Positions 36,525 to 46,576 of a DNA stretch of 64,000 bases are shown here, piece by piece. Origin of the DNA: Candidatus Thorarchaeota archaeon (lineage in GTDB: Archaea > Asgardarchaeota > Heimdallarchaeia > Hodarchaeales > Hodarchaeaceae). The DNA lies in the NCBI GenBank assembly GCA_048882505.1, contig JBHLRO010000006.1, positions 25,485-89,484 on the forward strand. The letters run 5' to 3'. Each line of letters begins with the position of its first letter. Position 1 is the first letter of the stretch. Below the pieces are notes generated by a model. The model had not been told where the DNA came from. It searched no databases and saw only the letters and a program-made list of their open reading frames with translations. The translations under genes and the position numbers were made by a program.

Positions 36525-39395
36525 TTGTTCATGCCAGTTTTTGCTCTGGATTCTACTGTGTATATCGTGTTTTCTGCGGAGCACTCGACATCCTATGAAA
36601 TACATGGGCCAATTTACATCGTTGGAAACCAAGATTTTCATACTCAAGCCAGTTCAGAAAATTGGGCGGGAAATGGAACACTAACCTCCCCGTACGTCAT
36701 CGAGAGCCTCTATTTGGTCGGCCAAGCTGACTTGATTCGAATAGAAGGTACGGATGTATTTTTTAGTATCAATAATTGCTGGATAGGATTCGGATCTAAT
36801 GGGATTTCCTTGGCTAATGTAACCAACGGGCGGATTATGGGCAATAACATCACCTATAACGACGGTTACGGAATTGATCTCTGGGCTTCCACAAATACTC
36901 TCATTTCGGGGAATACAATCACAAACAACAATAACATCGGAATAAATCAGAATTACCTGGAAAATACCACGATCTCAGGGAATATAATATCCAAAAACGG
37001 CGGGGGGGGAATAGATGGAAGTTTCTCTAATAGAAGTTCCATAATTGGCAATACTATTTCTGAGCATTGGGGAACTGGTATTCATATGTATATCTCGATT
37101 GGCAATATCATTGACAGTAATAACCTAACTGGTAACCGAATCAATGGCATCGGCCTTGAAGGGTCATCCAATATCACTATAACCAGCAATACCCTTACGA
37201 GTAACGGTGGATCTGGGATAAATCTAGCCTACTCTGGGAATAATCGCATTATTGATAATAGCCTAGTAAACAATGGTCTAAATATTGATGGCTGGGAGCT
37301 TGAGCACTATTTACAAACTGAAGTGGCCAATAATTCAGTTAATGGTAAGTTAATAGTTTATTGGCAGCAGATTACTGGGGGAACCGTCCCAACGGGCGCT
37401 GGCGAAGTTATTTTGGTGAATTGCACAGGAATCGAGGTTACTGGACTGACCATTGAGAATGCATCGACAGGGATCCGTGTTGTTTTCGGTTCTAATGTAG
37501 TAATACACGATAATAACATTTTCAATATGGTTAGATCTGGAATTGATATAGGAAACACACAGAATACTACGATAACGGGGAATACTCTTACCAATAATTC
37601 CGATGGCATCATTTTTCAAAATTCCATATCTGGAATCATCACTGGGAACAAAATTAGAAACAGGGGTGGTCGGGGACGGGGAATGGGAATAAGATTGGAT
37701 TATTCCCATAAAATTAATGTTTCAGGGAACATCATCAGCAATAACGAATACAATGGCATTTGGCTAGAATCATCTGATAGTAATCATATTGCAGCCAACA
37801 ATATCACTGATAACGGACACAACGGCATTCGTTTGGGAGCTTCCAGTAATAACACTATTTTGGGTAATAATATCCTAAATAACTCACACCATGGTATTCG
37901 TGTGAGGGATTCAGGAAACAGTACGGTTTTAGGCAATACTGTCGTTGCCAGCGGCGTGGATGGGATTAATATTGCTAACGCGGGCAGTTCGACCATTTCG
38001 AGCAATGCGGTGATTGATAATGAGAGAATTGGAATGCATTTTGTTTCTTCGGGAAATAATCGAATTACTGATAACATCCTTGTAAACAATGGCATGGATG
38101 TTGAAGGTGGGGCCCTCGAGGATTATGTACAAGCTGATGTGGGCAATAATTCGATTGATGGGAAACCGATAATTTATTTTCAGCAGGTTACCGGAGCGAC
38201 CGTCCCATACGATGCGAGTGAAGTGTTTTTGGTCGATTGTCATGACGTCGCGGTGATCGATTTGACCCTTTCGGACGGTTTGTTAGGTATGGTGGCTGCC
38301 TATAGCTCTAACTTGAGGATTTCCGGTAATAAAATATCCAGTAATGTAAGAGAAGGGATACGTTTGTATCGTACGGATAATAGCATTATTTCTGATAATT
38401 CTGTTAAAGACAACGGATGGGATGGTATTCATCTGAGTGCCGCAGGTTATAACGTTATATCGGATAACGATGTCATTAATAACGGAGGATGGGGGATTAC
38501 AGTGTCTGATTCCGAAACAAACATCATTTCAGGAAATTTGGTAACGCAAAGTACCGATGGTATTAACATAGACTCCTCGAATAATCCCATCATTACAAGC
38601 AATACCGTTAGGGATAACAGCGGATCTGGTTTACGGATAAGATTTACGCCAGGAAGCAATATTTCCACCAACACCATTACTAACAACGGAGCCTCGGGAA
38701 TATACTTGGAAGGATCTGGGGAGAGCATTATCGGAGAAAATTCTATTACGAGGAGTCATGAGGCAGGCGTCTATCTGCTTCAATCAAACGGTTGCAACAT
38801 TACCAGCAATATAATCATGGAAAATGAAGGGATCGGCCTTGATCTATTCTTTGCTGAGAATGCTGTCGTTTCAGGAAATGCAGTTGGTAATAACAACCTT
38901 TGGGGAATTATGTTACGTCATTCACAGGACAGCTTAATAATGGAGAATTCAGTAAACGATAATGAAGTCGGTGGCGTCTACCTGTCAGGATCTGGAAGTA
39001 CTAAAATTTTGGGTAATCTAATCGCCAATAACTCATATTATGGAATCTATCTAACCCAATCAGCCGGATGCGTTGTCGCTGGAAATAACTTCATTGGAAA
39101 CAACAGAGTGAATGAGCAAGCATTTGATGATAGCCCAAATAATACGTTTATTTTTAATTACTGGAATGACTGGACAGGCCCAGATACCAATCGAGACGGA
39201 GTGGTAGATCAACCTTACCGCATTGATGGAACAGCAAATAACTACGATAACTTTCCTCTGATTAACCCTGTCGTAGATCACGCAGTTGCAACCCCTGATC
39301 ATTTGGTTACTGTTTCCTTTCTGGTTCTCGTGATTCTTGGCGCTATAGGGTTTTCAACTCGGATTAAACGCGGGGACAAAACTGCCAGGATTTGA
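36525..39395 (+). CDS. large right-handed parallel beta-helix (PbH1/NosD-like) repeat surface protein with internal duplication and C-terminal TM anchor
   Basis: 956 aa. N-terminal motif IYIVGNQDFHTQASSENWAGNGTLTSPYVIE. Two homologous halves: HYLQTEVANNSVNGKLIVYWQQITGGTVPTGAGEVILVNCTGIEVTGLTIEN versus DYVQADVGNNSIDGKPIIYFQQVTGATVPYDASEVFLVDCHDVAVIDLTLSD. There are dozens of ~22-aa beta-helix repeats. Conserved C-terminal motif NNTFIFNYWNDWTGPDTNRDGVVDQPYRIDG. TM helix LVTVSFLVLVILGAIGFS. Confidence 0.75.
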   Translation: MFMPVFALDSTVYIVFSAEHSTSYEIHGPIYIVGNQDFHTQASSENWAGNGTLTSPYVIESLYLVGQADLIRIEGTDVFFSINNCWIGFGSNGISLANVTNGRIMGNNITYNDGYGIDLWASTNTLISGNTITNNNNIGINQNYLENTTISGNIISKNGGGGIDGSFSNRSSIIGNTISEHWGTGIHMYISIGNIIDSNNLTGNRINGIGLEGSSNITITSNTLTSNGGSGINLAYSGNNRIIDNSLVNNGLNIDGWELEHYLQTEVANNSVNGKLIVYWQQITGGTVPTGAGEVILVNCTGIEVTGLTIENASTGIRVVFGSNVVIHDNNIFNMVRSGIDIGNTQNTTITGNTLTNNSDGIIFQNSISGIITGNKIRNRGGRGRGMGIRLDYSHKINVSGNIISNNEYNGIWLESSDSNHIAANNITDNGHNGIRLGASSNNTILGNNILNNSHHGIRVRDSGNSTVLGNTVVASGVDGINIANAGSSTISSNAVIDNERIGMHFVSSGNNRITDNILVNNGMDVEGGALEDYVQADVGNNSIDGKPIIYFQQVTGATVPYDASEVFLVDCHDVAVIDLTLSDGLLGMVAAYSSNLRISGNKISSNVREGIRLYRTDNSIISDNSVKDNGWDGIHLSAAGYNVISDNDVINNGGWGITVSDSETNIISGNLVTQSTDGINIDSSNNPIITSNTVRDNSGSGLRIRFTPGSNISTNTITNNGASGIYLEGSGESIIGENSITRSHEAGVYLLQSNGCNITSNIIMENEGIGLDLFFAENAVVSGNAVGNNNLWGIMLRHSQDSLIMENSVNDNEVGGVYLSGSGSTKILGNLIANNSYYGIYLTQSAGCVVAGNNFIGNNRVNEQAFDDSPNNTFIFNYWNDWTGPDTNRDGVVDQPYRIDGTANNYDNFPLINPVVDHAVATPDHLVTVSFLVLVILGAIGFSTRIKRGDKTARI

Positions 39396-40005
39396 GGTTG
39401 AAACCTAGCGTATTCATGGAAATGTCTCTCAAATAGAGCATTCATGTTATATCTGAGTTTGATTGGATATTTCATTAGGGGACTTCTGATGGATTTAGTG
39501 GATTTCCTTAATACTTAAATCCAGAGACGGCAAAGGCTGTGGAGGAGAATTTCCAGGTTATCGAACTACCTTTAGTAAAAACATTAAGAAAAGAGTACAA
39601 ATCAAAATCCCTATTTGGTGGAAAAACAAGCCATCAACGACAGACGAAGGAAGCAGGATCTGAAAATACTTAGTCGTCTTGACAAAGTCTATTGCTGCAA
39701 CGCCCACTGGTCCTTTGGTAAAGATAAAGAACAAGTTGAATTTATTTTGAGGAAGAAGGAGGAGAGTGGGATAGTACCATGCCCATTACCAGGGCCAAGC
39801 TGTTGGATGGAATTTTAGGAAGGTACTCAAGATCATAAACGGAGTCCAGTGACCTCTCCGCGGCAGTTCTGACAAATAAAATGCATTAGACCAAACAATG
39901 GAAGAGATGTCAAATCCGATAAACACGTCTAGTCCTAAAGCCGCTGTGGAGATTAAAGAAGTTAGGTCTATTCCACATCAAAAAATGCCCAAAAGATATT
40001 GGGCC

Positions 40006-40248
40006 TCAAAATCGGTCCATCTTGGAATTTCGGGGTTCCGTTATCTGAAGATCTTTCTCAAAAGTTCTAGAGATCTCTCTCCTCTTGACATGGACGTTAC
40101 CACGTAGTCCTGTGTAAGCAGGTATGCTAGCCACCGCGAAAAGTAAAATATAACCAACTATGGAAACAGCTATGGAGGGAAACAATAACAGAGAAAGAAT
40201 TATACTTAAAAAGACTATTACGAGTAAAACCCCACCTTTTCTTGCCAT
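40006..40248 (-). CDS. possible small membrane protein (2 TM)
   Basis: 80-aa ORF MARKGGVLLVIVFLSIILSLLLFPSIAVSIVGYILLFAVASIPAYTGL... in a low-coding-density region. It overlaps an equally weak + ORF. Confidence 0.25.
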   Translation of the reverse strand: MARKGGVLLVIVFLSIILSLLLFPSIAVSIVGYILLFAVASIPAYTGLRGNVHVKRREISRTFEKDLQITEPRNSKMDRF

Positions 40249-41137
40249 TGCGAGAACCCCGACTCCAAATATTTTCCGAATTCATTGGCCCTGAACGGTC
40301 TTATTTACCTTTCCATTGTAGAATAGACACCTCTCTTAATCCAGGAAGCCATAATAGAACAAAGACAACCACCCACACCCATTCCTGACCTATCAGTAAA
40401 ATATCTACTCCTGGGAGGGGGATTGACGAAAGAAGAGAGACCAAATTTAATATCAGAATGAACAAAAGTCCTGTTTAATTTTGGTGCAATGCATTCAAAA
40501 CGCCCTGTTAAAATCCTCTGATTTGGCGCATCAAATTATAGGTGCGGATGTTTTCATATGCCCTTTCCTTTTCTTCTTCTAATTTACGCCTTTTGAATCC
40601 TCTTGATTCTTTCAACCGTCTATAGTTGTCCACCCTGTGTATCTTTAGAGTAAGAGGTTTGTCACTTCCCTTTATTTTCATCCGAACAAGATCTGATTTT
40701 CACGTTATTTAGGTTATGCATTGCTGGAAAGTTCGGTGCCTGATGGAGAGTTGTCGAAAGTACTCTTTCGTTCCCTCCTAGTCATCCTTCCAGTCGTTCG
40801 TCTTTCTCAGAGGGTGTGAAGGAGATTTCAGATCAGAGCTGAGTGAACGATATTGATTAAGATCTTTCTGGTCGTGTTGAGTTTCTTATTTCCATTCAGT
40901 CGCATAACTGGTAAATATCGAAGAAGAGCAGGGCAGACGAGACAAAAGTATCTCTTGCCACGCAGCTCTTCCTCCTTAGATTTTCATTTCGATAATCGGA
41001 GGGATAGGCCTTTAGGGCTAATTAAACTAGGTAAGTTAGTACAAATTGCATTCGAGGAGGCTTCGGAATGATTAATAGCCTCGACAGGAAAGAAACCGTC
41101 CTATTTGGGCTTTAGCTAGTAGCAAATGGTGTAATAA

Positions 41138-44100
41138 GTGATGAAACTTGAATGTAAGTCTTATTTTAGGTTTTTTATTATAAACATCGAGTTTTTGGTT
41201 TTGGTCAGTCTGATAACGATAACTATGATAACCTTGACACCACAACTGCAACCATCGAATTCTTATTCAAACACGGATCAGAAACAGTCCAGTTTTGAGA
41301 TAGATGAACCCTTGAATACTCCTGTGGATAGGGCAACACCTTCAAATCTCGATAAAACAGTTTCCTCTGCTTTATGGTCTGGATCTTTATCCTTTCAAGA
41401 AAATCAGGGGCAATTTGGAAATTCTGCTGTTCGATATTATTTTAACGGAAGGGATTTTGGAATTGCGTTTTCCAGGACCGGGGTGACATATAAACTAACA
41501 TCTGCCCTTGCTCAAGAGAAAAATATTCAGGCTTCTTTGTTTGATCTCGAATCAAGTTATGGACACGAACATCCATCCTTATCGTCTGGCCTGAGCACTT
41601 ATATTAACATAGTTTTCGATAACTCCAACGCTGTTCAGCCAATGGGTCGTGAAGTGCATACCCATATGAGAAACTACCTGATCGGAAATGCTCCCGACTC
41701 ATGGGTGACAGGGGTGAGGAGTTATGCTAGAGTTTTGTATGAAGAGTTATATTCTGGAGTCGATTTAATTTACTATTTTACTGCTGACGGACTCAAATAT
41801 GAGTTTAGATTGCAGAACGGGGCGGATCCCGCCATCATTCGTATGCGGTACAAAGGAGTAGACGAGCTTGAGATCGATGAACTGGGAAATTTGGTCGCCA
41901 GGACGGCTGCGGGCCCTCTCCAAGACCAGAATTTGTTGATTTATCAGAATACAGCTCATGGGCAGCATGAGATCCGGGGACAGTTTATCCTTTTGGATAG
42001 GTTGACTGTTGGCTTTCAAATACTCGAACCTTACGATCAAAACAGACCGCTTATCATCGATCCTCTGGTCTGGTCAACTTTCCTGGGCGGTGCTTCAGGA
42101 GACTTAGGGTATGCACTTGCACTGGACACGGCAGATAATGTTTACGTGACAGGGCACACAGCAGATAGCATTCCCGATTTTCCTACTACCCCAGGTGCTT
42201 TTAATACGAGCCACAGTGGTTTCGACGACGTATTTGTTGCAAAATTCAGTGCGAATGGGACTAGATTGCTCTATTCTACGTTCATAGGAGGAAGTGGACC
42301 TGATTTCGGCTATGCTCTAACACTGGACAATGCCAATAATACATACTTGACTGGACTTACGACAAATCATACCATCGATTTTCCCACTACTGCAGGGGCG
42401 GTTAATACTACCCACAACGGGAATTCCGACGTATTTGTTACGAAACTCAGCGCAGACGGAACCAGTTTGCTGTTTTCTACTCTTTTGGGGGGTAGCGGGG
42501 TCGATGTGGGTTATGCAATTGCGCTGGACCCCTCCAATAATGTCTACGTAACGGGATACACAGAGGACGCCGCGACCGATTTTCCTACGACGGTAGGTGC
42601 CTTTAACACGAGTCACAATGGTGGAAATGATGTATTTGTTACGAAACTCAGCGCGGATGGCACTAGCTTACTCTATTCCACGTTTTTAGGGGGTAGCGGG
42701 ATGGACGAGGGCCGTGCCCTGATGGTAGACGGAGCCATGAATACTTATGTGACGGGGCACACGGAAGATCATACGACCGACTTTCCCACCACTGTAGGTG
42801 CGATCAACACGAGTCATAACGGGATTTTCGATGTATTTATCTTAAAATTAAGCCCCTCCGGGGGAAGCTTATTGTATTCCACCTTTCTCGGAGGTAGTGG
42901 GGTAGATTTCGGTTATGCCTTAGCTATGGATGGTGCGAATAATGTTTATATTACTGGGTCAACAGATGACGCCACAACAGACTTTCCCACCACCGTAGGA
43001 GCAGTTAACACGACCCACAGCGGAGGTTCGGATGTATATATTGCGATAATCAGTGCAGACGGTACGAGCTTACGTTACTCTACATTTTTGGGAGGGAGCG
43101 GACTTGATCAGGGTAATGCTATCGCCTTAGATAGTGATAATAATATATATGTAACGGGATTCACGGAAGACCATACGACTGATTTTCCCGTTACTACGGT
43201 AAGTTATGACGGTACTCATAATGGAGCGGAGGATGTCTTTGTCAGCAAGCTTGACGCAAATGGTACGGCCCTGAGATATAGTACATTCCTGGGAGGCAGC
43301 GGAAGCGAACGGGGAAATGCCCTTGCGGTGAATGATGTAAATATGGTTTACGTTGGAGGTAACACAGGTGACGCCATTATCGATTTTCCTGCCACCCCAG
43401 GCGCCGTAAATACGACCCATAATGGTGGCACTGATTTATTTGCTTTCTTAATTCGAATTCCCACCGTGACATCCCCTCCAGTAGGATTATCTGCTGGTTT
43501 AGCTGGAAATCAAGGAGTTGTTTTATTTTGGAACGCACCTAGTAATGATGGAGATGCGCCGGTTACTTCATACCGCATTTATAGGAGTACAACGAGTGGA
43601 AGCTATGGGGTATTACTTGCAGAGACTTCAATCCTCAAACTCTGGTTCAATGATTCAACAGTGGTTAGTGGACAGACCTATTATTACGTAGCGACCGCGA
43701 TAAACGGGATGGGGGAAAGTGTTTGGTCAAATGAGGTCAGTATTACACTTCTTGCCGCAATCACTATCCCAGGCGTGCCGCAGAATGTTTCCACCTCTGC
43801 AGGAAGACACTTTATCGTAATTACTTGGGATCTGCCAACAAGTGATGGGGGATCCGCTATCATTCATTACAAAGTTTATCGGGGGACAATGAGTGGCGAA
43901 TACCTATTACTCGGTATCTCGATTAATCGTCAGTTCAACGATACTACAGCGGTCGGGGGGATAACCTATTATTATACGGTGACTGCGCTTAATGCTGTTG
44001 GGGAGAGTTTCCTTTCCATGGAGACCAGCAAGACAGCACTTATGGAAATGACTACGATTACCACTACAACAATCGTTACGACAAGCTCAACGACTGCCAC

Positions 44101-44185
44101 GCCAAGCGTATTTCCACAATTGCCACTAATATTGTTTTTTCTGTGCTCCCTTGTGATAGGGACTCATCGAAGAAGTAGAGTGTAG
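41138..44185 (+). CDS. surface protein: N-terminal domain + seven-blade SBBP beta-propeller repeats + two FN3 domains + Thr-rich linker + C-terminal TM anchor
   Basis: 1015 aa. Seven ~60-aa repeats of 'STFLGGSG.D.GYALALD..NN.YVTG.T.D...DFPTT.GA.NT.H.G..DVFV.KLSADGTSLLY' (SBBP-type). Two FN3-like modules (PPVGLSAGLAGNQGVVLFWNAPSNDGDAPVTSYRIYR...QTYYYVATAINGMGES and a second copy). Thr-rich stretch TTITTTTIVTTSSTTATPS. Anchor: FPQLPLILFFLCSLVIGTHRRSRV. Confidence 0.75.
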   Translation: MMKLECKSYFRFFIINIEFLVLVSLITITMITLTPQLQPSNSYSNTDQKQSSFEIDEPLNTPVDRATPSNLDKTVSSALWSGSLSFQENQGQFGNSAVRYYFNGRDFGIAFSRTGVTYKLTSALAQEKNIQASLFDLESSYGHEHPSLSSGLSTYINIVFDNSNAVQPMGREVHTHMRNYLIGNAPDSWVTGVRSYARVLYEELYSGVDLIYYFTADGLKYEFRLQNGADPAIIRMRYKGVDELEIDELGNLVARTAAGPLQDQNLLIYQNTAHGQHEIRGQFILLDRLTVGFQILEPYDQNRPLIIDPLVWSTFLGGASGDLGYALALDTADNVYVTGHTADSIPDFPTTPGAFNTSHSGFDDVFVAKFSANGTRLLYSTFIGGSGPDFGYALTLDNANNTYLTGLTTNHTIDFPTTAGAVNTTHNGNSDVFVTKLSADGTSLLFSTLLGGSGVDVGYAIALDPSNNVYVTGYTEDAATDFPTTVGAFNTSHNGGNDVFVTKLSADGTSLLYSTFLGGSGMDEGRALMVDGAMNTYVTGHTEDHTTDFPTTVGAINTSHNGIFDVFILKLSPSGGSLLYSTFLGGSGVDFGYALAMDGANNVYITGSTDDATTDFPTTVGAVNTTHSGGSDVYIAIISADGTSLRYSTFLGGSGLDQGNAIALDSDNNIYVTGFTEDHTTDFPVTTVSYDGTHNGAEDVFVSKLDANGTALRYSTFLGGSGSERGNALAVNDVNMVYVGGNTGDAIIDFPATPGAVNTTHNGGTDLFAFLIRIPTVTSPPVGLSAGLAGNQGVVLFWNAPSNDGDAPVTSYRIYRSTTSGSYGVLLAETSILKLWFNDSTVVSGQTYYYVATAINGMGESVWSNEVSITLLAAITIPGVPQNVSTSAGRHFIVITWDLPTSDGGSAIIHYKVYRGTMSGEYLLLGISINRQFNDTTAVGGITYYYTVTALNAVGESFLSMETSKTALMEMTTITTTTIVTTSSTTATPSVFPQLPLILFFLCSLVIGTHRRSRV
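42070..43450 (+). repeat. seven tandem ~180-bp coding repeats (SBBP propeller blades) inside the 41138-44185 gene
   Basis: Near-identical nucleotide strings recur, e.g. 'gatgtatttgttacgaaactcagcgc(a/g)ga(c/t)gg' at ~42430 and ~42640, and 'gattttcc(c/t)ac(c/t)ac' repeatedly. Confidence 0.6.
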
Positions 44186-44262
44186 CCCAAAATACGAAAT
44201 TTTCTTTAAAGGCGCGAACGAACCCCTAACAAGCATCACCGCCCAATAGCCCTTCAATAGCG

Positions 44263-45570
44263 ATGGAGGGCAATTGCTTAGGCCTAACTGAACGTATACG
44301 CAATGTCAAAGAGAAGGAATGGGAAAAATTCAATATGAGCATAAGAAAACGGCGCGAAATTTTTCACAATGGGATCATTCTAATTATCCTGGTCCTATCG
44401 CTGGTTGTTCAGAGTTTCACTAGTGTTTATACGTTTGCCCTACGAAGTTCAGACTCTTATATAGTTCATCCCCCAATCGTTATCGTCGGTAACCAAAATT
44501 TTTTGACACAAGCATCAACAGAGAACTGGCTGGGAGACGGGACACCTGCGTCTCCGTACACTATTGAAGGTTTAAATATCACCAGTCCGCTAGACACCAG
44601 CTTGATAGATATCAGAAATACGGATGTGTTTTTTCACATCGCCAATTGCCTGCTAGATGGTGGGGCATATGGTATAAAGCTGGATAACGTGACTAACGGG
44701 CAGATTTCAGGTAATGTTATCAACCATAATTTGGGAAACGGAGTTCAGCTAGATCTCGGAAAAGCTACCAACATATCCAATATCATAAGCGATAATCGTG
44801 GAAGGGGAATAGACGTAAATTTTTCGGACAATAGTACTATTACGGGCAATACAGTAGGCAATAACGGTGAACATGGCATACGTATGGATGATTCGCGTGG
44901 AAGTACCATTGCGGGGAACACTTTCAGAAATAATGGAGGTATCGGAATTGTAATAGGTACTTCTGGTAAGAGTACCATAGTAAACAATACCATTATCTCC
45001 AATGGAGCTGATGGTATTAGTCTAGAAGCTTCAGAAGATAGTGTTATAACAGGAAATCGCGTCGAAGATAACAGAGTCGGCATTCGCCTGTCGATTTCGG
45101 ATAATAGCTCCATTTGGGGGAATGTGATTACCATAAATCGGATTTCTGGCTTGGCTCTCGATAACTCGGATGATAGTACCATTTCAGGCAATAACATAAC
45201 TTTTAATCGTGGGTACGGTATCTACTTGGATGACACAGACAATACGATTGTCAAATGGAACTACTTCATCAGTAACAATTCAACAGGAGCCTCACAAGCG
45301 TTTGATGATGGTACTAACAATATTTTCGACAATAATTACTGGGATGAATGGATTAGGCCAGATAATGATCAGGATGGCGTGGTCGACCGAGCTTACCCTA
45401 TTGATGGACTAGCTTCCAATCAGGATGGCGCTCCCCGAGCATCACCTAAGGCCGCTTCCAGGGAGGGAATCCCTTCTCACATAATTCCAGCCTTAATTGT
45501 TTTAATGGGAATTCTCAGCTTTTTAGGAATTTCTGTATTGATCCAAGGACGAAAACGATCAGATCGGTAA
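44263..45570 (+). CDS. right-handed parallel beta-helix (PbH1/NosD-like) repeat surface protein with C-terminal TM anchor
   Basis: 435 aa. N-terminal TM/signal ILIILVLSLVVQSFTSVYTF. Motif IVIVGNQNFLTQASTENWLGDGTPASPYTIEG. More than 12 beta-helix repeats (NISNIISDNRGRGIDVNFSDNSTITGNTVGNNGEHGIRM...). C-terminal motif NNIFDNNYWDEWIRPDNDQDGVVDRAYPIDG. TM helix IIPALIVLMGILSFLGISVLI followed by QGRKRSDR. Confidence 0.7.
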   Translation: MEGNCLGLTERIRNVKEKEWEKFNMSIRKRREIFHNGIILIILVLSLVVQSFTSVYTFALRSSDSYIVHPPIVIVGNQNFLTQASTENWLGDGTPASPYTIEGLNITSPLDTSLIDIRNTDVFFHIANCLLDGGAYGIKLDNVTNGQISGNVINHNLGNGVQLDLGKATNISNIISDNRGRGIDVNFSDNSTITGNTVGNNGEHGIRMDDSRGSTIAGNTFRNNGGIGIVIGTSGKSTIVNNTIISNGADGISLEASEDSVITGNRVEDNRVGIRLSISDNSSIWGNVITINRISGLALDNSDDSTISGNNITFNRGYGIYLDDTDNTIVKWNYFISNNSTGASQAFDDGTNNIFDNNYWDEWIRPDNDQDGVVDRAYPIDGLASNQDGAPRASPKAASREGIPSHIIPALIVLMGILSFLGISVLIQGRKRSDR

Positions 45571-45712
45571 CATATGGCAAGGACCGATTTATCTGATGCG
45601 TTACCTTGATCAGATGCGCCAGGAGCCCCTCATACAAAAAAATCAAGGAAAGGCATGATCAAATCAGCTTCATTATTTGAAGCTGAACGGGGCATGGAAC
45701 CGCTTTGAAAGG

Positions 45713-46423
45713 CTACTTACTCAACGCGCCAAGATTAGATAACGTCAAAAAGTCCTCTGCTATCTGTAACCGATTTTCCATTACTTCTATGAAGCCTTTC
45801 TTCCGCAAATTTTTGATATAATAAGAAACCAATGCCCTACTGTACCCAGTAGACACAACAAGATCCTTTTGAAAGCAAGCTCCGTTTTTTTCTGTAATAT
45901 GAGTCAAAATAGTAACGATTTTGGAATTCCTCGTCGATGCTAACCATAATTTTTCTTTCATAGAATATCGTGCTGACCTTTCAAAGAAATGACGGCAACG
46001 TCCTAGTCTGAAAGATTCGATTTTTGTCTCATTCGATTCCAGATTACGAAGGTGATACTGGATCACACCCAAAGCGAGACTCGTTTCTCTTTGGAGTTCC
46101 CTAAGTGTGATACCTGGGTTTTGCACTATTTCTTCATGTAAAAGAGCTCTATTCTTGGGCAGCTTTGCATTTTCGCCTAATTGACCATGAAAATCCTGAG
46201 TGGCATTTGCACCTAAGAATATTGCCACCTGATGAATAGTAGCTGTAGAGGAGGAATACGGAGGTGTAATTGGATGAGAGAGTTCGGTTCCTGGTATACC
46301 AGATGTAGTTGATATGAAATATTGAAAATTGAAAAAGATACTGATAATCACGAACACGAAGACCAGTAATTGAAGAAATTTGAATAGACTCGTCCTCGTG
46401 AGTTTCGGAAGGATTGGCTCCAC
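45713..46423 (-). CDS. membrane-anchored transcriptional regulator with two winged-helix domains
   Basis: 236 aa. N-terminal TM helix LQLLVFVFVIISIFF. Then GITLRELQRETSLALGVIQYHLRNLESNETKIESFRLGRCRHFF and a second wHTH-like NSKIVTILTHITEKNGACFQKDLVVSTGYSRALVSYYIKNLRKKGFIEVM. Confidence 0.5.
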   Translation of the reverse strand: MEPILPKLTRTSLFKFLQLLVFVFVIISIFFNFQYFISTTSGIPGTELSHPITPPYSSSTATIHQVAIFLGANATQDFHGQLGENAKLPKNRALLHEEIVQNPGITLRELQRETSLALGVIQYHLRNLESNETKIESFRLGRCRHFFERSARYSMKEKLWLASTRNSKIVTILTHITEKNGACFQKDLVVSTGYSRALVSYYIKNLRKKGFIEVMENRLQIAEDFLTLSNLGALSK

Positions 46424-46576
46424 CCTATTTTGTTGACTTTCGGTTTCATTTAAATTCTTTTTCAGATAATGTCAAAAGATTGTACTACATCTTTTTTTGG
46501 GAAGTTAGACAGTACTACCTACACATTCTATACCTGGAATGACGTTTACAGCCTGTCAGGACCACCTAGGTTATTC

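Noticed and set aside
37350-38728. Several 80-120-aa minus-strand ORFs inside the 956-aa beta-helix gene
   Set aside because: They are antisense to a strongly supported repeat-protein gene. The repetitive Asn/Gly/Ile codons generate open antisense frames by chance.
43950-44185. Calling the SBBP-FN3 protein C-terminus a bona fide PGF-CTERM archaeosortase signal
   Set aside because: The canonical PGF tripeptide is absent (the sequence is PSVFPQLP). Only the general Thr-stalk plus TM plus basic-tail architecture matches. It is kept as a hypothesis in the findings, not as a feature.
44745-45197. 150-aa minus-strand ORF inside the 44263-45570 beta-helix gene
   Set aside because: Same reasoning: an antisense artefact of the repeat-rich gene.
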